A stretch of DNA of 64,000 nt, taken from assembly GCF_009914755.1 (NCBI RefSeq), contig NC_060947.1; one strand, given 5' to 3'. A program made the translations under genes and the position numbers. This stretch comes from the human T2T-CHM13v2.0 reference genome, Homo sapiens. Positions 1-14,651 of the stretch are shown here, piece after piece. A model generated the notes under the pieces. That model was not told where the DNA came from. It ran no database searches and saw nothing but the letters and a program-made list of their open reading frames with translations. Each line of letters opens with the position of its first letter. The first letter of the stretch is position 1.

Positions 1-382
1 GAACATATGATCTGCAAACAAGGTTAATTAGACTATTTCCACTCCAATTTGGTTCCCCTTTATTTCTTTCTCTTGTCTGATTGCTCTAGCTAGGACTTCC
101 AGTACTATGTTGAATAACAGTGGTGAAAATTGGCATCCTTGTTGTGTTCCAGATCTTAGAGAAAAGGCTTTCAGTTTTTTTCTCATTAAGTATGTGAGTC
201 TGTCATATATGGCTTTTATTATGTTGAGGTATGTTCCTACTATACCCAGTTAAAGGGTTTTTATCATGCAATGATGTTGAATTTTATCATCTGTTTTTTC
301 AGCATCAATTGAAATGATCATATGGTTTTTGTCTATCGTTCTGTTGATACAATGTATCACATTGATTGGTTTGTGTACATTG
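1..382 (-). mobile_element. Older L1 (L1PB/L1MA-like) ORF2 RT-region fragment; host of the younger L1, resumes at 2608-2672
   Basis: Minus strand encodes degenerate ORF2 RT sequence ([29 protein letters not shown]); sequence continues seamlessly after 2608. Confidence 0.9.
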
Positions 383-618
383 GAGACTAGGATTGCAACC
401 CCTGCCTTTTTTTGTTTTCTATTTGCTTGGTAGATCTTCCTCCATCCTTTTATTTTGAGCCTATGTGTGTCTCTGCACGTGAGATGGGTTTCCTGAAAAC
501 AGCACACTGATGGGTCTTGACTCTTTATCCAATTTGCCAGTCTGTGTCTTTTAATTGGAGCATTTAGTCCATTTACATTTAAAGTTAATAGTGTTATGTG
601 TGAATTTGATCCTGTCAT
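383..618 (-). pseudogene. L1 ORF2 endonuclease N-terminus, truncated after ~79 aa
   Basis: [28 protein letters not shown]...QETHL...AGVAILVS then junction to host L1. Confidence 0.93.
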
Positions 619-681
619 TATGATGTTAGCTGGTTATTTTGCGCGTTAGTTGATGCAGTTTCTTCCTAGTCTCGATGGTCT

Positions 682-1698
682 TTACATTTTGGCATGATTT
701 TGCAGCGGCTGGTACCGGTTGTTCCTTTCCATGTTTAGCACTTCCTTTAGGAGCTCTTTTAGGGCAGGCCTGGTGGTGACAAAATCTCTCAGCATTTGCT
801 TGTCTGTAAAGTATTTTATTTCTCCTTCACTTATGAAGCTTAGTTTGCCTGGATATGAAATTCTGGGTTGAAAATTCTTTTCTTTAAGAATGTTGAATAT
901 TGGCCCCCACTCTCTTCTGGCTTGTAGGGTTTCTGCTGAGAGATCCACTGTTAGTCTGATGTGCTTCCCTTTGAGGGTAACCTGACCTTTCTCTCTGGCT
1001 GCCCTTAACATTTTTTCCTTCATTTCAACTTTGGTGAATCTGACAATTATGTGTCTTGGAGTTGCTCTTCTCGAGGAGTATCTTTGTGGCGTTCTCTGTA
1101 TTTCCTGAATCTGAACGTTGGCCTGCCTTGCTAGATTGGGGAAGTTCTCCTGGATAATATCCTGCAGAGTGTTTTCCAACTTGGTTCCATTCTCCCCATC
1201 ACTTTCAGGTACACCAATCAGACGTAGATTTGGTCTTTTCACATAGTCCCATATTTCTTGGAGGCTTTGCTCGTTTCTTTTTACTCTTTTTTCTCTAAAC
1301 TTCCCTTCTCGCTTCATTTCATTCATTTCATCTTCCATCGCTGATATCCTTTCTTCCAGTTGATCGCATCGGCTCCTGAGGCTTCTGCATTCTTCACGTA
1401 TTTCTCGAGCCTTGGTTTTCAGCTCCATCAGCTCCTTTAAGCACTTCTCTGTATTGATTATTCTAGTTATACATTCTTCTAAATTTTTTTCAAAGTTTTC
1501 AACTTCTTTGCCTTTGGTTTGAATGTCCTCCCGTAGCTCAGAGTAATTTGATCGTCTGAAGCCTTCTTCTCTCAGCTCGTCAAAGTCATTCTCCGTCCAG
1601 CTTTGTTCCATTGCTGGTGAGGAGCTGCGTTCCTTTGGAGGAGGAGAGGCGCTCTGATTTTTAGAGTTTCCAGTTTTTCTGTTCTGTTTTTTCCCCAT
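682..1698 (-). CDS. LINE-1 ORF1p (RNA-binding nucleic acid chaperone), intact 338 aa
   Basis: MGKKQNRKTGNSK...NRYQPLQNHAKM; full length; REKG and ARR motifs intact, YPAKLS appears as YPGKLS. Confidence 0.97.
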   Translation of the reverse strand: MGKKQNRKTGNSKNQSASPPPKERSSSPAMEQSWTENDFDELREEGFRRSNYSELREDIQTKGKEVENFEKNLEECITRIINTEKCLKELMELKTKAREIREECRSLRSRCDQLEERISAMEDEMNEMKREGKFREKRVKRNEQSLQEIWDYVKRPNLRLIGVPESDGENGTKLENTLQDIIQENFPNLARQANVQIQEIQRTPQRYSSRRATPRHIIVRFTKVEMKEKMLRAAREKGQVTLKGKHIRLTVDLSAETLQARREWGPIFNILKEKNFQPRISYPGKLSFISEGEIKYFTDKQMLRDFVTTRPALKELLKEVLNMERNNRYQPLQNHAKM

Positions 1699-2607
1699 CT
1701 TTGTGGTTTTATCTACTTTTGGTCTTTGATGATGGTGATGTACAGATGGGTTTTTGGTGTGGATGTCCTTTCTGTTTGTTAGTTTTCCTTCTAACAGACA
1801 GGACCCTCAGCTGCAGGACTGTTGGAATACCCTGCAGTGTGAGGTGTCAGTGTGCCCCTACTGGAGGGTGCCTCCCAGTTAGGCTGGTCAGGGGTCAGGG
1901 ACCCACTTGAGGAGGCAGTCTGCCCATTCTCAGATCTCCAGCTGCGTACTGGGAGAACCACTGCTCTCTTCAAAGCTGTCAGACAGGGACATTTAAGTCT
2001 GCAGAGGTTACTGCTGTCTTTTTGTTTGTCTATGCCCTGCCCCCAGAGGTGGAGCCTACAGAGGCAGGCAGGCCTCCTTGAGCTGTGGTGGGCTCCACCC
2101 AGTTGGAGCTTCCCAGCTGCTTTGTTTACCTAAGGAAGCCTGGGCAATGGCGGGCGCCCCTCCCCCAGCCTCGCTGCCGCCTTGCAGTTTGATCTCAGAC
2201 TGCTGTGCTAGCAATCAGCGAGACTCCGTGGGGTAGGACCCTCCGAGCCAGGTGGGGGATATAATCTTGTGGTGCACCGTTTTTTAAGCTCGTCGGAAAA
2301 GCGCAGTATTCGGGTGGGAGTGACCCGATTTTCCCGATTTTCCAGGTGCCGTCCGTCACCCCTTTCTTTGATTAGGAAAGGGAACTCCCTGACCCCTTGC
2401 ACTTCCCGAGTGAGGCAATGCCTCACCCTGCTTCAGCTCGCGCACGGTGTGCACACCCACTGACCTGCACCCACTGTCTGGCACTCCCTAGTGAGATGAA
2501 CCCGGTACCTCAGATGGAAATGCAGAAATCACCCATCTTCTGTGTCGCTCAGGCTGGGAGCTGTAGACCGGAGCTGTTCCTATTCGGCCATCTTGGCTCC
2601 TCCCTCC
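1699..2607 (-). promoter_or_regulatory. L1 5'UTR internal sense promoter / antisense promoter, CpG-rich, YY1 site
   Basis: CAAGATGGCCG (YY1) on minus at 2585-2595; many retained CpGs 2150-2600. Confidence 0.85.
2147..2236 (+). pseudogene. L1 ORF0 (antisense), prematurely terminated
   Basis: ATG 2147: MAGAPPPASLPPCSLISDCCASNQRDSVG then TAG; remainder (RFLSSSEKRSIRVGVTRFSR) is in another frame. Confidence 0.8.
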
Positions 2608-2674
2608 GGTTTGTGTACATTGAACCATCCTTGCATTCCTGGTATAAATCCCACTTGGTGATAATGAATGATCT

Positions 2675-3040
2675 TTCTTTCCTTTTTTTCCCCAACTTTT
2701 ATTTTAAGCTCAAGGGTGCATGTCCAGGATATGCAGGTTTGTTACATGGGTAAATGTGTGCCGTGGTGGTTTGCTGCACAGATCATCTCATTACCTAAAT
2801 AGTAAGTTCAGCATCCATTAGCTATTCTTCTTGATACTCTTCCTCCTCCCACCCCCAACCCTTTGACAGACCCCCATATGTGTTGTTCCACCCTGTGTTT
2901 ATGTGTTCTCATGATTCAGCTCCCACTTATAAGTGAGAACATGTGGTATTTGGTTTTCTGCTTCTGCATTACTTTGCTGAGGATAATGGCTTCCAGCTCC
3001 ATCCATGTCCCTGAAAAGGATATGATCTCAGTCCTTTTTT
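2675..3040 (-). mobile_element. 5'-truncated L1 3'UTR fragment (older L1PA/L1PB)
   Basis: T-rich tail then CAGGTTTGTTACATGGGTAAA...CTCCCACTTATAAGTGAGAACATG. Confidence 0.85.
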
Positions 3041-3085
3041 TTCCGTTTCCCTCTGCTTTTTTCAAGCAAAAGGAATTTCAGCATG

Positions 3086-5805
<2,720 letters not shown>

Positions 5806-6828
5806 CCTTTTATCTGTCACAGCTGGTAATGCTCTGAGTCTCACTAGAAGCCAGCAAGTGTCAGCATCTCACCCAAGGTCCTTGATGTAGTACCTGGGTA
5901 TCACTGCTGGTTATTCAGGGCCCAAGGGCTCTTCAGTTAGTAGGTGATAAAAACTGCCAGGATCGGGTCCTTTCCTTCAAGGCAGCAGATACTCTTATTT
6001 CCCAAGGTGTGTCTAGAAATATTGCTGGGGAGTTAGGGCCTGGAACGGGTGCACCACAGCTGTGACAGTTGCCGTGTCTTCCTCTGTCTGAACTAGTTTC
6101 CAAGATGCAAGACAAAGTCCTCCGCATTCTTCCCTCTTCTCTCCTCAAGTGGAAGTGATCTCCTTTGGTGCCATGAGCTGTGCAGCCTGGGGTTAGGGGA
6201 TCAGTGATGCCAACCCTCCTTTATCCTCCCCAGCTTGTGTCTCGGTAGGTTGTGTGCCCCTCAGCCCACTGTCTCTGGGCCTAATTCAGCACTAGGACTC
6301 ACCTAAGAGTTGCAGTCCTTATGGCTTAGACTGCCTTTCAAGTTTACTTGAAGACACAGAGTGCTGTAGCCATAGGTGGCGATGTTTGCAGGAACTGAAG
6401 TTTGTACCACTAGGATTGGTGATTCCCCTCTGGCTAGGGCTGGTTTAAATGCTCCCTCTATGGGAGGGCGTCGGCTGAGTTTTTTCTGGTTTTCCTTTCT
6501 GTTTTAACAAAACAGCACTGAGTTCGGTGCCTCACAATTGCTGTGTTCTCCCTCCCCCAGCACCCGGAGATGCTCTCTGCATCATGCCTCCTCTGCCTGG
6601 GGTTGGGGAATGGTAGCATCAGCGATTCAGGACTGTTTTTTTCTATCGCTCCAATGCCTCTTTCAGGGATACATAGTTAAAACTAGGTATTATGAGGGCA
6701 CACCTGATTTTTGGTTCTCATGAAGGTGTTTTTTTTTTCTGTGTAGACAGTTGTTAAATTGTTTTCCTTTTTGGGGCAACTATCAGTGGAACTTTCTATT
6801 TCACCATCTTGCTCTGCCTCCACTCTCT
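5806..6828 (-). mobile_element. Old L1 (L1PB/L1MA-like) 5'UTR; also 3041-3085 before the MST insertion
   Basis: Ends with minus-strand GAGAGTGGAGGCAGAGCAAGATGG, a typical L1 5' start; GC-richer UTR-like sequence. Confidence 0.7.
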
Positions 6829-9249
6829 CATTACTTATTTTGGACATTACATTCTGTCCCTCTTTTTCATTAGTTGTATTCAATAGCTCTGTCAATCTAG
6901 AAATTTAGATGCAGTAAGGGAAGTATTCACCTGTTGGTGGTAAGTGTTAGAATTTATTCACACCAGGAGGTAAATAAGAACATACGACACAACATGACTA
7001 ATGTATATTGTGCAAAAACTGAGCCAATAGACATTCAGATGCAATAACTTTTCTCCCACTCCTCACTATATATAATTTAATTTGGGCAAATATTTTGTTA
7101 ATGTAATGTTGCCTGTTCAGGGCCAGTTTATAAATAAGAGTATAAAAATCCATATCTCTATTAAAACAGGAGTTGCTTTTCATCATGTTTTTTCCCCTTC
7201 CAGCATTGATTTTTTTTTTAATGTTTCTATAATCAAATCGGGTATCAATTTACCCAGCTACTTGCCTGCTTGCCAATATATTTCTGTACTTTCTTTTTAT
7301 TCTAATGCTTGTTTAGTAGGCATGCACTAGAAGCTACTCATTTGACAGATTGTGTTGTGTCTGTGTGGTGTGGATAAGTGTAAAGACTATCGTTTTAATA
7401 TTTCCCACATTATCTATTTTAGGCTTTTCTCAATAGAAATTGTCAAACAAGGGCAAAAGTAGCACAGCATAAACAATTCTCTTAATGAAAATATACAATT
7501 TAGGGAAATAAATACATTCTGGAGTTGTTCTTTTTCAGTAAAATGATAAGGAAAGGAAATGCTCACCCCAACTTCTTCATTAGCTTAAATGTTGGTTAAG
7601 TCATTAACTTTTCAATAATTCATGAAATAATTTACCAAGATAGATGTGTTTCACATTTTTAGATTTTCACTTTGCTCACTAAAAATTTTAATGCTTTTGG
7701 ATTGCTTTGTGATAAGTGGTGAAACATCTAACATTAATCTATTGTGATTGTGAAAGTAATTTCTAATGAAACTAAAAAAAAATCTTTTGTGTTTCTATAA
7801 AACAGAAAATTAATTTTTTAATGTTATATTCTTAGATATGGCTAAAGTTTTGGTGATGTTATAGTCCTTGAGATTATTTCTTTTGGAAAGTTAAAAATTT
7901 TTATCTATTATTTAAGTGTATCATTCATAATAAGGAGAGATATAAATAGTGATTGTTTAAAGACAGAGAAATCCAAGGACACTTTCTTGGAAGAGATTAC
8001 TCAAGGCATTATCCTCAGGCTATGCCTTCACAGAAAATTAAATTCTATCATTGAGCCATTGATGGTTGAATCTGATCGATGCAGAGAGATTATAAGAATA
8101 TCTTGGGCTAACAACACTCGAAGTGGAAGGACAAGAAGCATACTTTATTTTCTTAGATAATAGGTTTGTGCCTATCTCTGAATGCTTATCTCAATTTCAA
8201 TTTTGTAAACTCAAGTTATGTTAAAATGATAGAAAAAAATATACTTTCTTGGTCTGAGAATAAGCCACTGGATAAAAAAAAAAATGGAGAAAGCATGCAT
8301 CCTCTTACTATGTTGACTCTATTTCTCTTAGTATTTACCCTTATTTCAGATTCAAGCCTACTCTCTTGACAATTTTCTGTGATTCTTTGTATTCAAGAAG
8401 ACTCTATAAGGAACTTTTGCATAACTGTAAAAAGAACAGGGAATTAAGATAAAGATTGCGGAGAACAGACTTTCAGGAGCATCATTAGCTGGAAATGTTG
8501 ACATTTGATTCACTTTTAATTCAGTAACTTAATCCTCTACAAAGGAGAATGAATCCAAAAGGACAAATGGTCTATATGCTTCTGGTATCTTAAAAAGTAA
8601 CTTAACCTGTCTCCTGAAAGTGGTTGAGGGAGAAAAAAAAGTCTTAAATAAAATGAAAAGAATGACTTCCGTGATGATATTAAAAAGGATTTAGTTGAAC
8701 AGAGTTGATTTAAGATGCCCCTATGAACAACAGAAACTATTGATTTAAAATTCAGCAATAATATCCCAATGCTGTATAAACATCTCTTATGTTTACCCCC
8801 AAATCATTAATTTTCAATGAGCCTAGTTTTTCTCATTTCAATTAAAAAATGTGTTTATGCTTGAAATAAAGGCCCATTCATTTAAAAATGGATAGAAAAT
8901 AAGTGACACCATAACAGAATATCTAATTGGAAGGGTGCCTTTTCTTGGTTAATGCGTAAGTGAGCTAAGCATATATTTTTTGTGCCAATTGAAATTTTGT
9001 ATGTGGCTCTTCATATTTTTGCACAAGATTTACAATGCTGTTATATCCCTTTACTCAAACCACTGAAGAATGTAGGAGATGAAAGTAGTTTCAGCAGAAA
9101 AACAAAGCTGTGTACCATTGCACTGGGAATGTTGACATGCTTTTTTTTCAAAAAAAAAAAAATGTATTTGCAGTAACCAAATTTGAGCTGATTTTTGTTT
9201 TTGTTTTATTTTCCTTTGCTTCCCTTGCCTCCATTTTATCCTAAATCAG

Positions 9250-9279
9250 CGGAAATCTGAAGGGAAAGTGGCAGGAAAG
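9250..9279 (+). other. Candidate 30-nt microexon of an unidentified plus-strand transcript
   Basis: Branch-like CTGAT ~9188-9192, ~55-nt AG-free pyrimidine tract, CAG acceptor, AAG|GTAAGA donor; frame-preserving. Confidence 0.45.
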
Positions 9280-9795
9280 GTAAGACTGCAAATTTCAAAG
9301 AAAATTGATTTTGAAATGTTGTGTTTATACTGTGTGAAGCTACAGTAGTTAGTCCATGGAGTTAAAACTGTAAGTACTTAGGATAACATATGTTATGGTT
9401 CTACTTTAAAAGAGAGTCAAGCTGAGCTGTTTTCACATTTTGTATCGCACAGTTCTGGAAACAATTTCGAGTCTCGTTTTATTTTATTTTCCCCCAATAC
9501 TTTCTTTTCCCACTATGCCAAAACAACATACTGTTGACAGCATCACTTTGTGAATGGTCTGATAATACAGTTATTTTATGATAAATGCTAACAATAAAAA
9601 AAGGAACAATTTTAGTGTCAATTCACATTTTAGCAGTGACAGCAGAAAGTTAGTGAATATAAATCATGATATTTGATAGGGTCACAGAGAAGAATTATAT
9701 AACTAAACATGGTTAATAGGCAAAATGATGATCTCAGAGAAACTGGGTTTTGGAATGTCATCCTTCAATGCGAAAATTTTAAGTTCTGCTCAAGT

Positions 9796-9875
9796 ATAGG
9801 ATGGTTCAAAAGTAATTGTGGTTTTTGCCATTAAAAGTTATTGTGAAAACCACAATTACATTTGCACCAACCTAA
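9796..9875. mobile_element. MADE1 (Hsmar1 MITE)
   Basis: ~80-bp palindrome TAGGATGGTTCAAAAGTAATTG...CAATTACATTTGCACCAACCTAA. Confidence 0.9.
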
Positions 9876-10599
9876 TGTATATGAACAGTCCAGACTTCTA
9901 GAAAAATTTGTGTTTCTATTGTTAAACAAATAAACTATCTCATACATATTGTTAAATAACTTCACTAGTTAAACTGTACTACCACTAAAAATAAAGTTTT
10001 CCAGTTGTTTATTAACATTTCTTTCCTAGCATTTATGCCTTAGTTTCTTATTATGTTTTGAGGTTTAAAGAAATCAATTTCCCTTAAATTTCTGACAGAA
10101 GACGTTTTGAATATTAAATTCAGTAAGCCTTAAATGCTATCCATATTAGGCACCAGAATCTTATCTTTGCTGTTGCTAAGTTAAATATATATAATCTTAA
10201 AGATGAATTATCTTATTCTAGCTTAAGAAACCACACTTTACGTTTGAAAAAGCACTTGCCAGAGAGTTGTCTAAGCTATGCCGGAAAGTAATCTGTTCAC
10301 CTTGGATGTCTTTATCAAGTGTGAGAATTAATGGAAAATGGAGTTTGAATACAATGCCAAAAGGGATTTTCATTAATGTTTGAGAGATAAACTAAAATAA
10401 CAGCATCAGAGAGTTGTAAATCAATATATCTTTCGGAGTGCTTTCAATTGCCTCTCTGAATCATACTGAGTATCACTGTGGCCTTGGAGTGATGAATTTT
10501 TGAAAGTCAGCTCCTCCCAGAAGACAAAAGTTCATAGACAAGATCTCCAGTTAAAAGGAAGGAAGCAAGGGTAGTAAAATGTCACTGGCTGCTACTATG

Positions 10600-10700
10600 T
10601 ACAGTGTGATTATATGTGTGTGTGTGTGTATAAAACATGTATTTATATTATATTATGTGTATATTTAGAGAAAGGGAGAGAGAGAATGAAAGAGAGAGAA
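10600..10700. repeat. (TG)n/(TA)n/(GA)n low-complexity
   Basis: Direct reading. Confidence 0.8.
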
Positions 10701-11212
10701 GATCTACAGATTTGGGGATTTTGTGTTCTAACATTCTTAACCATTCTGGTGAATTTGGAAATGAACTTGTGGCTCAGTTAGTTCAACATTGAAATGTTGA
10801 AGAAGAGGAATGTTGGAAATATTTTTCTAGCTTAGTGAATATAAATAAGGACATGTCTTTGTTTTACAAGTTAGGCTCCTGCATATAGAACTCTGGGAAG
10901 AACCTATGTTCCAGGTCAGGAAACTCTTAAGTCATGACATTTCAACATAAAACAGTTCAACATGTAAATAATCGACATAAGGACCAATGGAAAAAGAGGT
11001 TCTTAGTGAAGGACAATTTTTTTTTTTTTTTTTTTTTGTCAAATAAAACAAATCTGGACAGACATAGAGAGAGACTTTGTTCAGAAGAAAGAATATTGCA
11101 ATAGGGAGAAGGTTATGACGTTAAAAATCTGCAAGGATCTCAAAATTCAACAGAAAATGCTTTTCTTTATAAGGTCAAGAAGGGTAAGCAAGCAGAGATA
11201 AGCAGAATCTTT

Positions 11213-11374
11213 TTTGGAGGTAGGGGATGGGGTCTCGCTCTGTTGCTCAGGCTGGAGTGCAATGGCACGATGGATCACAGCTCACTGCAGCTTTGAACTC
11301 CCGGGCTCAACTATTTCTCCCACCCCAGCCTCCCAAAGTGCTGGGATTATGTGTGTGAGCCACCGCACCCGGCC
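11213..11374 (-). mobile_element. FRAM-type free Alu monomer
   Basis: ~160-bp monomer ending GGCC; 16-bp TSD GATAAGCAGAATCTTT (11197-11212, 11375-11390). Confidence 0.85.
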
Positions 11375-11689
11375 GATAAGCAGAATCTTTAAAGAGGAAG
11401 CTGGACCAACAAGAGAGTGGGCCCAAAAGTATCTGTTGTCATCTGATTTCCTGAGAAGCTAATGATTGGGACACATTCCACTTTTTTTAGTGGTTGCTCA
11501 GGTTTGATGTCAAGCCGAGCTCAGGGGCCCGTGGGAAGGCGAAAATCCTGACAAAATTTGGGTTAAAACACAGCAGAGAGTTAAAAATGGGCAACTGTGA
11601 AGTTTATTATTTTTTTCACTAGCTTTTTTAAAATAAAGTAAGCATAATAAAAAAAACATACAAATCTGCTTACTCTGTTCCAAGCGCTC

Positions 11690-11788
11690 TATGTTTGTGC
11701 ATGTGTGTATACATATACATATATGTGTGTATGTATATAGGTATGCGTACATATATATAGGAATGTGTATACACATATATATACACAG
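11690..11788. repeat. (TA/TG/CA)n simple repeat
   Basis: Direct reading. Confidence 0.85.
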
Positions 11789-11789
11789 T

Positions 11790-11925
11790 TAATCTTCACA
11801 ATAATCCTGTAGGCTATTTTACAGATGAGGAATGGTGATACATCGAGCTTAAGTGGCTTGCCTAAGGTTATAGAGCTCACAAGTAGAAGAGCCAGGGTTT
11901 GAACTCAGGCAATCTGTCTCCAGAA
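11790..11925 (-). mobile_element. MIR
   Basis: TTTTACAGATGAGGAA...TAAGTGGCTTGCCTAAGGT...AGCCAGGGTTTGAACTCAGGC core. Confidence 0.85.
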
Positions 11926-12855
11926 ATTCTCTCTTTAAAAAGATAACAACTTGGAATCGTAAAACAAATACTTTCTTTATATTAAAATAAGTGTTTTCAT
12001 TGTGTTTTAGAAGTAACATTTAATATATTTAACGTTATAAAGGTGCTAAAGATGTTTCTGGAATAGTAATTTTTAAAAAGTTACTTCTGTCAACTACAAT
12101 AATGCTACAGACCCATCATTAACTCATTTTTACTAGTCTATATACATTCCATACATTGCCTAATATAATACTGTTAATGTATACTATGGAGATTAGGTCT
12201 GTGCTCTGGTGTCCTTTATTTTTGGTTCATTGCATTTATGTATACCTTTTGAAGGGTATTTTGGATATTAAATTCAAGAAGCTATAAACTTTAAATATAT
12301 TAAGTGTCAGAATATTCATTAACTTGGGATTTATTGCAAATGTTTCTATAAAAAGTTAAATTCATTTCTTGAACTCCTGAACTTCACCTTTTTAGTCTTT
12401 TTATGAATTATAAAATATGGCTTTTATGTTCAGTTTAATTCAGAGTATGGGAAAGTATAAGGTTCTCGCATTTGTAAAAAAGTAAGGCAACACATTATCT
12501 TAGCTAAGAATGAAGTATCTAGATGAATTCTTTATCTTTTAGAGTCTAAAACATCAAAGAAGAAGATAATTTCTCAATGATTTCTCTAGATTTAAGTGTA
12601 AATGACTTCAAAGTACTCACCAAATAGGACCTATATTTAGATTTCAAATCAGAGGTTTAAGTTACAAAGATAGACACTTTTTCTACCCCCTCTTAAAAAA
12701 TTATGTTATATTTCGTAGATAAGCTAGTGGCATTCACAGCAGAAAAGAAGCAAATGCCACATGTCATAGTTCATTCATTCTTTAACCAGTTGTTATCCAT
12801 GTGGTTAATTACTAATTAGGAGGAAAAACAAATTTCAACACATGGCCACTTGTAA

Positions 12856-13230
<375 letters not shown>

Positions 13231-13835
13231 TAATAGTTTTTGAAATTTCCTCGTATGAATACAAACTGCTCTTTTTATTCAATCTACCAGCTTTCCCTTA
13301 TTTAGCATTAACCTGAACATTTCCATGTAGACATTTTTTTCAAGATCCCTTCCCACTTTGGCTTAGCCTGAGACTAAATTGCCCTTAGGGTTTGCACAAA
13401 TGGCCAGGCTTGTTAAAGAGAATGTTCACTAAAGTGCTAAACTGAATATGGCAGAAACAGAACTGACTGAGATTCTCCGAGGAGTATATTTCCGATTTCT
13501 CTATATCTGCCTGAGGTAAATTAAAAAGCAGATTCTTTTAGACTCACGTAATGGATAATAGAAAGAGTAGCTATAGTAGCAAAGCAAGTAAAAGCCATTC
13601 TCTGTCATTGGCCAGACTACTGACATTTGTGCAATCATTTGCTCCAAGGCTACATGAAGATGAGGGGAGCAGTGAAATTGTTTGATCCAACATGTATTAA
13701 AATACCCATTTTGCTGGTGTCTCCAAGGTATTGCTTCATTTGCTGTTTTGTACAACAGTGCAGACGTGTTTGGAGGTTCCTGCTTCAGAAATTCTCCTAA
13801 AAGCATAATTTAGAATTTTGAATGCAGAATGGCAC

Positions 13836-14202
13836 TATCTTAGCTCATTTTCTGTTGCTATCACAGAATACCACAGACTGTGTAATTTATAAACTAAGAA
13901 ATGTATTTCTTACAGTGCTGGAGGCTGGGAAGTCCAATATCAAGGTACCAGCATCTGCTGAGGACCTTCTTGTTGCATCATAACATGGTGGAAGGCATCA
14001 CATGGTGTGAAGGCAAGAGTGTGTGTATCAGCTTAGGTGTCTCTTGTACTTATAAAGCTACTAATCCCGTCATGGGGTCCCTACCCTAATGACTTTATCT
14101 AATTCTAATGGCCCCCAAAAGGCCCCATCTTCCATCAATGTGTGAATTTGGGGATTACATTTCTAACACATAAAATTTGGGAGACATATTCAAACCATAG
14201 CA
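13836..14202 (-). mobile_element. MaLR solo LTR (MST/MLT1A-like)
   Basis: ATACCACAGACTG...GGAGGCTGGGAAGTCCAA...TTCAAACCATAGCA. Confidence 0.8.
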
Positions 14203-14435
14203 GTAACACTGAGATTTTTTCAGTTATCTAAATAAAACAAATTCTAATGGTATATTTCTGAAGAGATACATTTTCATGTCTTATTTTAGAGAAGGATTAT
14301 TTTCCTATATTACTTTTTGGACTATTATGATCTAGCAAATGCATGAGGCTAAATCTGCATGATTATAAATGCTATTTCTTCTGTTTCTTTTGCCAGTTTT
14401 CCTTATTAAACATTCAGTTTAGTGTTATTAGTATG

Positions 14436-14651
<216 letters not shown>

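Larger units (their letters stand above)
383..2607 (-). mobile_element. Young L1 (L1PA2/late L1PA3-like): full 5'UTR + ORF1 + first ~79 codons of ORF2; 3'-truncated, no poly(A)
   Basis: Starts GGAGGGAGGAGCCAAGATGGCCGAATAGG at 2607; ~909-bp 5'UTR; flanked by perfect 15-bp TSD GGTTTGTGTACATTG (368-382, 2608-2622). Confidence 0.95.

Noticed and set aside
11038-11600. Possible old LTR surrounding the FRAM
   Set aside because: LTR-like feel, but I could not match a family or define termini
13501-13806. 101-aa ORF in non-repeat sequence
   Set aside because: No recognisable domain or clear splice or promoter context; length expected by chance
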